NCBI GenBank assembly: GCA_036172245.1
Contig: JAYWIR010000050.1
Location: forward strand, 992,001 to 1,056,000
Reading direction: 5' to 3'
Origin: Raillietiella orientalis
Lineage: Eukaryota
DNA: 64,000 nucleotides
The number at the start of each line of letters is the position of its first letter. Position 1 is the first letter of the stretch. Both the position numbers and the translations under genes were made by a program. A model generated the notes under the pieces. That model saw only the letters and a program-made list of their open reading frames with translations, was not told where the DNA came from and searched no databases. Below are positions 36,950 to 51,400 of the stretch, in pieces.

Positions 36950-37500
36950 CTAAGCCATCTGCAGAGCGGGCAGCGGCGGATTCGTTTCTGCAGCCGGAAA
37001 GGAGCCTCGCGCCACTGCACAGCCATCTCCAGATGAGACGCTGGGCTGGAAGCGGCGGGGGCACCATCGCCTCCGTGACGGGTTGGCGCGAATGGCGCGA
37101 GAGCGAATCATCGAATCGCATTCGCATGAGGTGGTGGGCGTCGCCAGCTCCCAACGCCACTGCGCTCCAAGTCAGAAACAGTGGACCCTAAAGCGCCAGC
37201 GGAACGCGGGAGCTCCGCATCGCGCCGGGAGGTTCGTCTTCCAATCTGCTGCTGCCCGAACTGGGGCCAGCAGATTGGAAGCTGTGCGTTGTGAGGTTGC
37301 AGCAGAGGATCCATTCCGGAGTAAGTTAGGCGAAATGGGATGCTCCTGCACAAGTTCTAACCGAAGGCGCATGCGCGAGACAAGTGAAATGAAAAATGCC
37401 ATCCTCCGTAGGCGCGCTTCTGCTAATGCTCTCTCTCAGTGGTCGTTCTCCTCTTGGGCAGTTCCAAGTTCGGAATTAAAGATGGAATCTAAAACGCGTG
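36950..37500 (+). mobile_element. Decayed mariner/Tc1 transposase fragment
   Basis: With one frameshift reads KLG/KWDAPAQVLTEGACARQV, similar to the mariner KLGKWVPHELTE linker; preceded by DP...REL helix-turn-helix-like residues. Confidence 0.45.
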
Positions 37501-37729
37501 GACGGACGTGCCGAATGTGACTGTACGGTTACTGCGTAAACTGGTTTCTAAACCGACCACTCTAGTGCTTTTTTGTTAGTATCCGCATTAGCGTTTCATT
37601 ACCTGCCTTGGATGGCGTGACTGTCCAGCCAGCACCGCGAAGGAAAGTCATTCGGCTCCCAGAGATTCACTTCCCTCCCACCCACCCCCGCCTCATCCCC
37701 CATTCCCTCGCTTCCGTACGCGTTTCGCT

Positions 37730-39600
37730 CAGCAACCAGGAGGGGCCCGCGAGATGAATGGATGCAATCCGTAGGGACGTCGGCTTGAATGGTCTTTCCC
37801 AGCTGAAGGCGGCTCTGACCGCAGACTCACCCCTTGCCTGCCAACACGCGATGTGATGCTGCAGCTCCCTTCTTCACATCTCCCTTTCGGACACATCCTC
37901 ATTTCACACCTACCACTCGGGGTGATGGGGAGCTGCAAGTTCGACCTTTCCTTTGATGTCGCAAAGTTTTGGTTTCTTTCTCTCTAGTAAACCAGTCTTC
38001 CGGTGCACCGTCGATGAGCGATCTGCGAGGCCTCGGTGCTGCAGCTGCAACGTCCAATAATGTGGAGGATCAACTTTCCCCCCAGGATGAGCGCCTGAGG
38101 CTTCGTGTTTGCGTAGGTATCTGCTGAGGGACAATCTGTCACGCTACTCCGGTCACGCGGCTTTCCTCTGGGAAAGATAAGGATGCTCCAGAACGAGGGA
38201 GGCGGGTGCATCCCAAGGAGGAAGACGGCTTCCTTTGTCCTTCTCCTTGCTCTCGACAAGAGCGCTCCTGAAGTTCATCTACGTGTTTCACGCTCTCTGT
38301 CTGCTGCTCTCGTTTCCCAGACGCCCGAGAGATGCCGCACTCGTCGATTCCGCCCGCACCGTGTCAGTCGCGGACGAGCCGACCTGGCTCTGCTCAGGGA
38401 CCGCGTGCACCCTTTGAAACAGCGTGGGAGGGACTCGTCCGTTTCAGCCCGCCACGCGGTCCTCTCGCGCGTCGTCAGTAAAGGCATGGAGTGGCAGTTT
38501 CGCCCCAGGACCACGCAGTCTCTCCCAAGTCCGTTCCTGCTGGCCTCTTCTCGTGCACGCCGCCTGAGCAAGGCTGACACAGCAGTTACAGCAGCTTCGG
38601 AGGGCTTCTGGACCAAAGCTGAACTTTGCTCCTCCGTGGACGCCGCTGCTCCTCTGGCAACAGCCTGCCAAGAGGATGTTCCCCCCTCTTGTGGCTCCGC
38701 GTCACCGTGCAGCACCAAGCAAGGCAGAATCTCATGATCGCAGGCGGTGGCACCTGAAAGGCAGGGACGCCCGCTGGCGCGCTCCCCGAGTTGCCCTGCG
38801 GGAGAAGCTGCATCTCCGCTGCACCTGAGAGCGAGCTCACCTTCGCCGCCTCCGACTCGCTGCAGACCTACCGAACCATCATCTCCCGTCCGCTGAACGC
38901 TCGGCGAGATTCGCCGGAGTGGTTTTCTCCTGCTCCTGTGCATCGGAATCCGGGTCGGCATCCCGTGTCCCGAGGGCAGCGGGATGCCGACGGCTTGGGC
39001 CACGAGGGCGGCAGCGAACTGGTCAGAGGCAGCCTCTGTGCAGAGCTTCCCGCGCCCGGCCACACAGAACCCCGCAACGGCGTTGGCTGCAGCTTCCACG
39101 CGGAGATGTGAGAATCGCATCCCTGACGACCATGACGCCAAGATGGCAAGGAGAGGAACGGGGACGGGGGAGGAAATAGGAAAGGAGAGGATGGGTGGAA
39201 GCGGCGGATCATCTCTTTCTTCCCGAGAGAAAAGTTTCCTGAGGCGGTTGAAATCGGTGGATCCTCCGGCCGAATCTGCCTCTCTTACCAGGCACCGACA
39301 ACTTCCCTGTTGCTCTGAGGAGTGGGTGCTCGAAAATCTCCATACGAGCTGCGATATCACCGGAGCGCTCCTCGACCTCGGTCGCTCCGCCGCTCCCTCC
39401 GGAAGCTTCCGGAAACGGAAGCAGCACCCCTCCCTGGCAGTGCGCCATTCAGATGCAGAACACCATCTTCCTCCTGGGGAGATGCCATCGCGTTCTTCAG
39501 CAGGGATCTGTTGTCTTTCCGCAGCTTCCAGGAAAGCAAGGTCTTCGTGCTGCTCGGCACTTCTGTCAGCAGAGGAAGTGGGGCAGGCCCCCCGCGTCCC
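37730..39600 (-). mobile_element. Heavily decayed L1/Tx1-like reverse transcriptase
   Basis: Motif relics in the expected order across frames: SPG/EDG (about 39475), SGVHGGAKFS (GVRQG-like, about 38640), LRGPGAKLPLHAFTDD (YADD-like, about 38470), LSRARS (N..KS-like), VRHLSGVW (YLGV-like, about 38330). A possible zinc-knuckle remnant lies near 36600-36780. Confidence 0.55.
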
Positions 39601-40079
39601 ACTCGACTCGCTCAGGTGGGACCACACGCCCGTATGCCCGCCATTTGGCGCTTCCACATTGCTCTGCCGCTGTGCCACTCGGTGACTACTGGATGAATAA
39701 TGAGGAACAATCAAGCTATTCGGTGATGGAGAGACAAAAGGACAATTTTCCCTCGTGGCTATTTCCGGTAAGGTCTTCCGCCACGATTTTCTTTGAACGC
39801 ACGCCACATATGGGCGAGTGCATGCGGGCGCGGAGTCACCACAAGAGGTGTTCTCGCGCTTCGATGTCATTCCCATTTTCTTCTTCTCTGGAAAAACGAA
39901 AAAACGTCGGACTCGTCGCTTTTTTTTTCTTTTTGTTTTCTTTGTCGCTTTTTCCGGGAGCGAAGGGGTCTCCGATTCCAGTTAGTCAGTTTGAATTCGG
40001 CGCTGAAAAGGATCCGTAGGGAATTTAGAAAGCTATGAGAGACTATCAGCGTTGCTTTCCCCCCCACCCCCACCCCACC

Positions 40080-40480
40080 CGCTCATCTTTATTAAGGGGA
40101 CGTTTAGTTCAAATACACCATTGGCATTCCAGTATTTATAATTCTTCGCCGCTGAATCCACATTTGCCACTCGCCTTGTCATCTGCGAATTCGCAGACCA
40201 ACGAAGGAATCGCTTCGTCTCTCGATTTTCCACAGATGGGATACTTTCCTCCTCCCCTGGCACACAAACTTTGTAACGGGTTGCTAGTGTGGGGATCAGG
40301 GAGGCATCTTGTCGAGCATCTTTCCCGTTGAGTGCCAAGCGGTGTATCCGATGGTGGTAGGAGCAACCAAACCACCCCGTCACTGCCACCTCATCCGTAC
40401 AACCATCTGTCCGCGTTCATTTTGAATTGCGTTCTTAGAGGAACGTGATCAGGGATGAGGATTCCATCCGGCAAGTCCTT
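40080..40480 (-). mobile_element. Decayed hAT (Buster-like) transposase fragment
   Basis: One frame reads CTDEVAVTG (CTDGAxxMxG-like), HHRIHRLAL (HCxxHRxAL-like) and RFLRWSANSQM (NFIxxxxLNSR-like). Confidence 0.45.
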
Positions 40481-42559
40481 CCGGGTAGAGAACGAACTGC
40501 GATTGTACCTATAACCACAAGCAGACTGTGCTCCCACTTATTTGTTCCCAAGAATTAGCCGGAGGTATTATGAGTCGAGTATTATCATTGACAAAAAAAA
40601 AAAAAAAAGAGAGGAGGAAAGCTGCAAGTTCATATTTGAGAGACGTTCTTCATCGATCTTTCTTCTCATCCAAAATATCGTAACACGGGAGGAAAGGGGG
40701 AGTACTGTGATTTTTTGCTTATTTTAACTAAGAGTCCCCCCCCCCTCCAAAAAAAAAAAGAAAGACTGATGGAATCGCCGTAATATGTAGAGCGGTGATA
40801 CACTCGGTTTCGCTGCAATAATAAAAATTTCGAATTTCGAATTTTTTTTTCTTCTCTATTTAATAATGAAGGAATTATCGAAAGAACCTGCGAGTTCAAA
40901 ATTGCATTAGATAAATTTGGGTGATCATTTCGAGGGTTCCAAAGCATCTGATCGAATTCCGCACGCAAGGTCTTCGTAGGGTGGTAGCCCTGGCGCACCT
41001 TCTAAATCCGAGTCAAAATAGTAGAGGCAACAAAATGATCAAGTAAGGATTTAGGAATGAATAGAAAAAAAAAAAAAGCTCTAATAAACTGTGCGTACGC
41101 AAAGAAAAACTGTGGTCTTTCTGTTTTAATGATATTTCTGTGAACCTTACTGCAATAAAAATTGTCGCATGTTTTTTTTTTTCAAAATGTTTCTCGATTG
41201 CCTGGAATGCAATTTCCTTTCTACGAAAATTGGTGCACAAAGGTGCCCAATAAAAAAAAAAGAAAGCATTGACTTCAGTTGAAAGCCGTAGAGAATGAGT
41301 TTTTGGATTCGCAATACCACCACCCTGGAGCAACCTCCAAAACTTCATTTTTCGATTGCAGTTCAGTGTGCCAATTTCTCACGATTGCCCCATACCTCCA
41401 GGACACTTCCTCGTGGGGGGCTTCTCACGTCAGAGAGGGCATGGAGGCATCAGCTAAAAAAAAAAGAGGAAGGAGAAAAATTGGTTTTTGCAAACTTTAT
41501 GCATAGCGAGCGGTCCAAAAGTTTCTCAATGCTTTCGTCATAATGAACTGCGACTCGGTTCTATTTCTCAGCCTGCAAGCAACGTAAATGAGCTGGAGGT
41601 AATCATTAAAAAAGCATTCAGCAGACACATATGCGATGTAAGTTCTTCGTACCTAGAGAGCTTATCCAAGGTATCTCCAGTTTTAAAGACTCGTGCTGGC
41701 TGAAACCCTTAAAGGCTGAGTTTCCAGTTTCCATATCAGCTTTCCACTGCTCGAAGGTTGCTGACACCAAACAAAGAAAACTCGGCTCCGAGACATCGTA
41801 TAAAAAACGAAGTGCTCAAAGAAAAGGAAGTCGGCAATTCAGTGATGCATAGGCACCTTAGAAAGAAACTGATTCTGAAGCGAAAGGTTGAATAATAGGT
41901 TGAATTCATTAAGATTCCTGAAAACATGTAGAAACTTCAATTATGCAAAGCCAGAGACTTTTGCTCACTATCCGTCACACTCGGAAGAAACGAAAAGTTG
42001 TTTCCTGTTGAAGACTAATCTCGTGCTATCATTTAGTAGTTCGCTACTGGTACTTTTATTTTACTTCACTTACGAATTCAAGGCTTCTTATGCGTGCAAG
42101 AAACCTATCTGCTGTTAAAGTCCATTGATTAAGCTGCTGGCAGAAGAATGAAATCATCCCGCCGTCGTAAATCGCGAGAAGCGTTCGCGAATATTGTAGA
42201 TTTTCGATTCAAATGGAATGGAGCTGAATCAGAGTTGAAATCTCAGCCCGAATCAGATGAAATTCATGTGCCGTAATCCTCAGTTGTGGTGTGCTGGCAA
42301 TTGAGCTACGTAAGTGAACTTCATTTCGACGGATTCGAATTTGTTCGATCTCACAACGGAAGTTTTTCAGTTTGCCACATGTGCACTCGCTAAAAACAAC
42401 ACATCTTGATTGTGTTTCCACTCGGAAGCTGAAGTAAAGATTCCATATATCTGGTTTCTCTTTCAAGTACCGAATGGTTGCCTACGAGTCGACTTTCCGT
42501 ATGAGGAAGTCCCAAGTCCAGGAAAACCGTGCAGCGTAAATTCCGGTATTATAAAAAGT

Positions 42560-43130
42560 GTTTTCCGCTAATTTGCTGCCTCTTTCACAACTCGTTTGCA
42601 ACGTTAACACATATCGCCTCATTTATGCATGAATTCCTGGATGTGTTTGGAGGAAATAATCCAGATTTCGTTCAGATGGCAAAAATGCTTGCTCTTCTCT
42701 CATTCCTATTTGGTCTGGTTAGCCGCAGGGGGTCATGCTCGTTAGATGACCTGCAGGCGTTCTTGGCCAAGGGCGGCTTTTTCCCATTTGGCAAGTGTTG
42801 GGGGACTCTTTGTGACTGCGATGGGTGGCAACCTTTCCTCTTCCTGCCAGGGTCATGTCACTGCCAACGGGATGGAACCGTTCTGATTCTGCCTGGAGAG
42901 CTCGAGCTCTCCCAGGTCACCAATTAAGGAAGCAGCCGAACCCATTAAGTCGAAGTAGGTTTCGGCCAAGTACAAGCCCAGAACTTGAAGGTCTTTCTAA
43001 ACATTTTGCCACATCCAGATATTTTCCCGAATGCTCTCTGTATTTTTCGAACAGCTGTGACTGCAGCTTCTTGTAAAGCCACAGATCTGTTGCTGTCAAC
43101 ACAGTTACCGACCGACGAGAAGTCAGCCAA
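42560..43130 (-). mobile_element. Decayed mariner transposase fragment
   Basis: EAAVTAVRKIQRAFG, W..F.NGD-like segment, HL/QMGKSRPWPRTPAGHLT (WVPHEL-region-like) and HLNEIWII (GDEKW-like), in order but with stops and frameshifts. Confidence 0.45.
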
Positions 43131-44389
43131 AGCGATTCGTGCCTTTTTTCCGTTTTTCCGTCGTTATTCTTTGTATAAACTTTTTTAAAAATGTAATAGT
43201 GTGCTCCATTTGTTTGCAGGAATTCATAAGATTTCTACCTCACACGAAAACCATAGGAGAATGGACGTACTAACCGTAGCCCAACACACATTACTCAGCA
43301 TCCGTGGTCCATTCAAGTTATAAGAATGGATTCAGAGTACAACCACTGATAAGAATTCGTAAAACCATAAAGACAAGTAACGCCCCTTTTTTTCTCCCCC
43401 TTTTTTTTTTTTTTTTTTTTTTCTCCTATCACGTGCACCACTGAAGAGAACGGTACGTGTTACCTATTAAAAAAAAAAAAAGAAAAAGAAAATCGGAATC
43501 TTGCCCTTATCGTTGAATCAGTTGAATAAGTGCGTCTCTTCAGAAAGTAAAAGTGAAAGAACAGTTCGGTTCAGATGTGTAACTATGTGTTTAGTTTTCA
43601 AGTGATTCCCATCGCTGACGCTTTCTTTATTCCTATGTATCATGTACTCTTCTTTTTGTAAAAAAAAAAAAAAAAAATTCGTAATCCATCATGATTCGAG
43701 GATATGCAAAGAAGTGCCCAGAGCAATGAATTAAGAAAGAGTAAGATTCACGACGGTCGTTCCATGTAATACAGAGCTTTGCTGCCTTTTATTGATTTTT
43801 ATTATTCCTAAATGAGTGATTGCAATGTATCTGGAATTTACAAATTAGGCTGCGAATCAGTGTACTGTGCATCTGACCAGCAGATCTATGTATATTTCAC
43901 ATTACTGGATTATCCATTACCATAAGTCCTTCCCAAATGTATGGATTCTTGACTGAGATGAAGGAGAATGGGTGCGTTTAAGATAAAATGCAGTTTGTTG
44001 AATAATGATGCAGAATAATTTCTCGAGAATCTGATTTGGAAGTGGTTCCGTTTAAAGCACTCATAATCGATCAAACGCCGAATTCTGATTCAGTTAGATG
44101 GTAAATAGTACACTATGAAATCTGTTGCAGCTTATTCTGTAAATTTTTTCATTCCACAAAGACGTTTATGTAATTGTGCAAGGATAAATGCCAAAAAAAA
44201 TATAGTTTTATGCAGATGAATGTTCTGCTTTGCCCATACCTAAGAATTTTCAAAATTAAAAATTTCTCCAAGGAGACTTGTAGAATGGATAATGTTTAAA
44301 ATAAGTGTTTCATGATCAATTACTCCATGCAATCACACATTTCAAGTTATTTGAAATCTCACAATAACAATAGTCACTTGCATAAATTT

Positions 44390-44700
44390 AACCAATGCTT
44401 GCCCCCTAGTTTCACCAATCTTTGTCTTCTATTTTGAGCTTTAAAGTGAGGGGTAACGATGCGTCTCCATGCAGGATTTTGATTGAAAAAAGAGAAACAT
44501 TTTCCTCATGCAGCCAGTTCGTTTGATCACAACTTACCTCAACAAATTTCTGATTTAGCATAATTGTACGAAGAATTCATTTCACGTAGTTTAAATGCAC
44601 ATCTATTACTGTGTTTCCTTTCCTTACCATCAGTGCATTTTTTAAGCATCAGCACATTTCATCTCCGGAGAGGATTTCAACACTGAGCCAAATAATACAG
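44390..44700 (-). mobile_element. Decayed mariner catalytic-domain fragment
   Basis: ILSGDEMC (TGDEKW-like) followed by ILHGDAS/PHFKAQNRRQRLVKLG (HDNARPH...LGW-like). Confidence 0.4.
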
Positions 44701-45475
44701 CAGAACAAAAGACAATGCATTTGAACAATAGAAACAAAGCTGCTTTCAGGTAGAATAGCATCTATGTCTCGGCAAGCATGTAGAGCTATGACTGAGCAGG
44801 CAAGGAGGCGGTCAGACAGAATTTCCACTGAGAAAGTTTACCTTCATCATGCAAAGGCCACACCTTAAGGATAAATTATATCAGAATAAATGGCAGGCTT
44901 TACAGGCTTTACAGTTCGAAAAATGAATGCATTGGAATAATTTTTGATTGAAGAAAATTGAATGCCAACTTCCTGGAATATCAGAATGCTAGGTTTTGTT
45001 TATGAAACCAGATACAGGAAGGAATGTAAAATGGGTAAAAGCAATCAGAATTTGGAAAAACCTGCCATCAGATGTAAGGATTTTTGATACCATGAGCATG
45101 TACCTTAAATGGTGTATTACACAGAAAATACTGTCCAGTTTGCACCCATAATAAGTCACACATAAATAAATGGTATTTATTAATAATCAAATCACCAGTT
45201 TGCATCAGCATCTACCATTGAAATGCTGTGTTGTTTAATACAATTTAAATAAATAATTTTTTGCTCATTTAAAAAGTTGCTATTTTGGATCAGTTAAAGA
45301 AAAGTCAACTTGCTGTGACAAGATGCAAAAACTTAAATTCCACTGTAGACTTTTAGGTGCAGCTTTATTGCAAAACAAAATAAACTCCCGAGAAAATGGG
45401 GCCATAATTATTTTATACAAAGCTTTTCCAACTGCAGGGATGTCAGTAGTAAGGCACTGTTTCTTTGGAAATTGG

Positions 45476-48400
45476 TTATCTTTTCGTCCATAAACTAGGA
45501 ACAGGATTATTTTCAAAATCAACAACGCTGTCAATATTATTTTTGCAGAAAAAACAATCATTTCGATTCAGTAGGTGATGGGATATGCAAGCACGACAAG
45601 AACAATGCCCACACGGATGAAATCGTACACTTATAGGATATGCGTAACAAATAGTACACATATCATCTTCAGCAGTTGAAGTTCGTAAACTACTATTGAA
45701 TAATAGCTGATATGATTCTATATGCGCCAGAATCATTTCAAGTTGTTGCAACTCTTCCACACTAACATCTTCCGGGTAACTGTGAAGATCAAAAACATTC
45801 GACTCCATGAGGCAATATTGACCCTGACCAAGAAGACAGTGTAAGGATGAAATCTGAAGACTTGGTTCAGCAAGAAGCGCATGTGTGGCTGGGAGCTGAG
45901 ATAGCTGTAAGTTTTTATGTGAGGCAGCCTGTAGCACTTCAGGATAAAGTAGTTTCACCAAAACACCTGTAGCAGCAGTCAAGATTGGAAAGTGATCGAT
46001 TGTTTCCAAGCCAATAAGTGACATGCCAACTACATGGCTGAAGCAGCCAGTTGGATTGCTGATACGATTGAATACTTGGCACAATAACTGACATAAACGT
46101 GGGAGCAACAATTCTGAAGAAGGACATGAAGGATCAACAAACAGCTGCAATCCCAAATGCACCACCATCTCCAGAACACGCAGTAATGCCAAAGTTAGAT
46201 CGAAACATGTGCTGCAAAGTTTCAGCTGACGACCATCAATAAAAACACGTTCAGGCCGATTGGATGCATTCTGAATCTGAAAGAGACGAGTTGCTGTTAT
46301 GTATCGTGCATCAGTCTACCTCTTGCATCATGCCAATGAATTCCGAGAAAGCCCAATTCAACTGATTCAAAAGAGTGTTTAGAAATGCTGTACTCTGTTC
46401 ATTAGATGATAAAAGTTCACTTGCTACATGCTGTTGAAATACACGTGATGGATATGGTTCTGAAAAAAATAACTTAGTCAACATCATAAATAATTTCTAG
46501 AAACACTCACTCAGACAATAATTTGTATGTGTGATAGCATCTGTCTCACTTTGAGGCTGACGTGGGTACAATAACTTGCGATGGTGAGGAGGCTTGGCAT
46601 ATCGGAATCCAAAGCCATCTCCTTTCCATAAACGCAATAAAATCCAATTACTCTGTGCCCATGTGCGGTTTTCATATGGACGCAGAAGTAGTTTTATCAT
46701 TTTCCTCTGGCTGACATCTAGTGATCCACAAGCATATCAAAGTGTAATGACCCACCTTTCCTCTGGCATTTTCTCCAGGGTCCGCAGAGTCTTTTCGTAA
46801 CAAATAAAGCTAGCCAGTGACTGCACTAGTATATCTCGTGATCCAGCAAATCGGATTCTTTCATCAGCAAAATGCTCAACTAGAAACACTCCGATGTCTA
46901 TTGTTAATTGTTCAATTCCTTGAAAGGAAAACAATAGAAAATTGGAATTAATCAAGTGCACAACCTTCAATGTCCTCCAAAGGCAATGTGGGATGAAACA
47001 TAATACGGAGTGCCACAAACATCTCATACAGTGAATCAACAAAGAAATCAGGTACAAATGACAAAACAACACCATTAGAGGAGGCAGTATTCAGTGCAAG
47101 CAGAGTCACATGCAGGAGCCACGTTATATCCTCTTGATGTGCTCGGTTGAATATCACAGCATCAATCCAGGCCATGTGCCTTGACAGATCTGTTACTTTT
47201 TGTAGAAAAACATCTCGCGTTTGTTCCAGTTGTGCAATGCATCTCTCTTCCAGCACATCTCTGTGTGACAGAGTAGATTCAATCTTTTCCAGAGCTTCTG
47301 CAAATTCGGTGAGATTATCCCTAAGAGCACTCATTTTTAATAAGTGCTTGTGAGCACCAATGTGATATAGCCAAATAAGTCCATCAAGAAGTTCTAGAAG
47401 TGAGTTTTGGAGTTTAGGATCTGGATGTCCTTTCAGATCTGTGTTCTTGGCAGCTGATGAAGCATGGCTCATGCTGACAGATGAATCCATGAAGTCTGGA
47501 TCTGAAACCTGAGTTTTGCTGCAAGGCTCATCAATTTGGTTGGTTTCTGTTTGGTGCACTTTCCGTAGATGAGAGATAAGACCACCCAATCGATGAGTAT
47601 CAAAATAGTTCACACTATTATCCATAAACATTTTTGGAGATATAATGGGATTCTGTTCAGAGCACTCCTGAGACCAAAAGTAACAAAAACAAGTAATAAG
47701 CCGATGAAAAAGGCAAAGCATAACAGACAATGGAATTTGTGGAACAGCAGGAAGCTCAACAGATATCTAGACAAAGCCATAAGAAAGTAATCAGCGCACA
47801 GTCCACACTCACCCTGTTCCTTAGCATATTTTCTTTCAAAAACTGCCTAAATTTCTGCAAAAACAGCGTTCGAGAATCCTCATAATCTGCATCTCCATCC
47901 TGAGAATCCAACAATAGCTTAAGCAAAGTGATTTGCATTGCTTCCAGCTCTAAAATAAAATGAGCATCCGAAAGGTCACTCTTCAATTACTTTCTGCAGC
48001 TTTCTGCATCTGATCACAGGAATGCTCATATGCTCTCTGAATCTGATCATCTTTAATGCCTGGCCAGTAAGTTTGAGGCACCAAACGTGTATGAGCTTCT
48101 ACATCCAAAGGCTTCAAATGCATGAAACTTGGAAATCGGACTCTATCAAAAAATACATGCTTGAGAAGAAAGTGGCGTGAACGCCTATGACGCAGAATAT
48201 TCGTAAGAAGACTGAGAACAAAACGCTGGTGCTCGAACAGCAGTGAAGTTGCCACCTGTCTATAGCGGGTTAGCAAGCAATTAACTAAGGACTCCAGGAA
48301 TTTTTTGGTTTCTTGTTCCTAGGTAGCCAGTTCCCAGCAAGATTGCAAGAAATTTTCCTGCCTGACCTCCATTAGTGTCCAACACATATCCAGAACAAGA

Positions 48401-51400
48401 AATATCTGCTGTTCATCTCTCTGGCCACACTCATTCAAGAACGGAAGCATGCAAGCTTCCACAATATATGGCAATTTAAGAAGGGGACCTAGATGTATCA
48501 AAATGCGGTATGCAAGTAAATACATCACAGACTTAGGACTCATTCTTGCTTGCATCACAACAGAATAAACATCCTGGGAGAAGGATCAGATTGGCTAAAA
48601 TCTCATCAGCTAACCTGAACAGAGAAAAACCACAGCATCAGCTTCTCCAACAAATCCAGGAGATGATTAGCACATTCTGTACTTCTAATAGGTGGAGACT
48701 GCAAAGGATGATAACCATTTATAGGATATTTGAAAGGAGTGGCACCAAAATTAGCTACTAGATTTTCACTATGTGCTAAACTGATAGCAGGAAAATAGGC
48801 CACTCCAGGTGAAGACTTGACATTATCAAATGCTAGTCCCAAAGATTTGCCATTTCTACATAAGCGTGGAGTAATTGATCAGGGTAGAGGTTCATCAAGA
48901 ACCTGAAGAATTCAACTGTTCCTTCATCCAGATCAATACAACAGCCAATTATATCTCCATTTAGCCACATCTCTCCATATCTAGCACTTCTCAAATTCCA
49001 TTTCCTCAATCTCTTTCCATCAAATCCGTAAGAATCTGCAGTATCTCCTATTGCAAGCAAATCAAATTTTGATAGGAAAGGAATAAAAATCACAGAATAC
49101 GAACCAACTCCTTTTTCTTGAGAAAACTGGCAAAGTTGAGTAGCCCATCCTACTTGCATTACTCCTTTCGAACCTAACAGTAATTCATACTGCCATTTTC
49201 CTAAAATTAAGAGATATGTTTCCGTAAAGAATACTTCTCGATAAAAGAAGGAAATATTCCTTTTACCAATAAAAAGAAGGCATTTGAGAAATATGAAGTT
49301 TAGTTGAGTAGTAACATAGATTTAGGCAGTTTCCGTACATATACGTAAAAAGGAATATTTCTGGGGGGGAAGGGGAGTGACATAAAATTCTATTTCTCAT
49401 GAGCATTTATGGATTTAAATACCTAATGATCCTAGCACTACCAACATACTAAGTAAGGGCAAGGAAACAATTACTGATAATGACATGATGAAGTGCTTGA
49501 AAAATGCTAATTAATTGTCTGTTTAATGGTAATTAACAACTTTAGAAAAATCAATTTTCTCAATAACAAATGAAGCGCACAAGCATGACAAGCATACAAC
49601 AAAGTAAACTTACAGCAAAGCAAAAAAACACGAAAACACAATAGAAAGTTATATTATCGCCTTTTATATTTAAAACTAATATAATTTTCAACCACCATAT
49701 CATTAAGATTACTAGTTTATTTTCGATTCTAACAAACCGTACAACAGTTCGACATTTTTTTAATATCAGCTATGAAAAGATGACACCTAAATCATCTAAT
49801 TTTTGATGGATTAGGTGCAAATGATAGAAAGTATTCAATTCAAAAAGTATTCAACGTCACAAAAAGTACCTGAAAAACACATCTGGAATTTTAAAAAAAA
49901 AAATGACTGACACAAGAAAGGCCAGCACAACTTAACAATTATTAAATGCATCTAAAAATACATAAATAAAAGCACAAACATACAATAGATAAATTACACG
50001 AAAAAACAATCTACAGGATATAAAAAAGCTTCTTTCTGAAATATATCGATATTCTTATATTACTATCATGATATGAAAAGTTCATTATGTTCCATATTCA
50101 CTAAGGAGACTTATTATCAAATGCAATGTGCAACAGAACATACACTTACAACTAACTGAAAGGAACTTCTTTTGACTTCAGTTGTTTCATAAAGTGATAA
50201 AATAAAGCATTTAAAAATAGAATATACAGTAAAAATAAACCAGTTGCCACATTACTGAATGGAATTACTGATGATTGAACAATAAAGAGGTAGAAAACAT
50301 GCTTGCATTATCAGACATTTTTGTGCCTCCTCTTTTACAGATTTCATACTTCTTTTCAATTCAAACACAGAGAACACCTCACACTCACTCACTCCCATAA
50401 ACATTCATTTGTATACACTCATTTGCATTTCTTTTTGCAGACCATAAACTTTAATCATTTATGAACTAAACCTCGAGTCAAATGCTTTGATAGTCAGACA
50501 GGAAAATTTAGAAATACCTGAACAGTAAAAAACAGGGAAATAATTCCAGGAGTTAGACTTGTTTGTTTAGTGATATCTGAATGATATATCTGCTAAAGAT
50601 TTCGGTAATTCCGGCTTTTACGTCAAAATCTCTCCATAGCTAATGTTTATATCAATAGTCAGAAGAAAAATATCTGCTGTCCATGTTTTTCTTAGCTATC
50701 CGACACTCATTAGGATAACAAGATCCTGGTTAAACATTATAAGTTATGAATTCTTCAATAAAACTTGATGAAATACAAAGCCCAATTAATGAAGGTAAAG
50801 AAGAAAAAAAATTTTTCATTGTTTTTGGTTTTTTTCTCACTGAACACTGTTGTTTGTTCAACTCAACTAACAATTACAACTAAAAAATCATTTTACTTTC
50901 CCAATTAATTATTGATTAGAAAGCACTAACATAAGAAAACAATACCTAACTGATGATCATGCCGGAACCTCCTTAAATTTGAGTCATTTTAAAACCTGTT
51001 TACTGAACTTGATACTTAAATATAAGCATGTAATTTTTACATGTTCTTTCTTATTTTTGGCTCTCCTTTTATACTAACTTTTCTAACTATAAAAGCAACT
51101 CAAATTATGTGGTGACAAAGTTATGAATTAACAAAACCAAAAAACGATTCATGCTTAATGAAATGGTTTCATTTTCCATTTGCTAATTCTTTTTTAGAGC
51201 TGAGTAAGAAACTTATACTGATTTCCTTCTTTGAGTTTTAAATTCCTAATAATCATGGAAGACAGCAAAACCACAAATGATGAATGCAAACTTCTTCTCT
51301 ACTGTATTTTGCATTCCATCAGAGATTCACAAATAATTGCACAATTATTTTTAATCAATTTTTCCAAAGTCTCACTATCATCATCCTGCAAATAATCTTC

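Noticed and set aside
38275..39876. 533-aa minus-strand ORF as a gene
   Set aside because: No coherent domain; RT-like motifs are scattered over different frames, which fits a decayed retroelement better.
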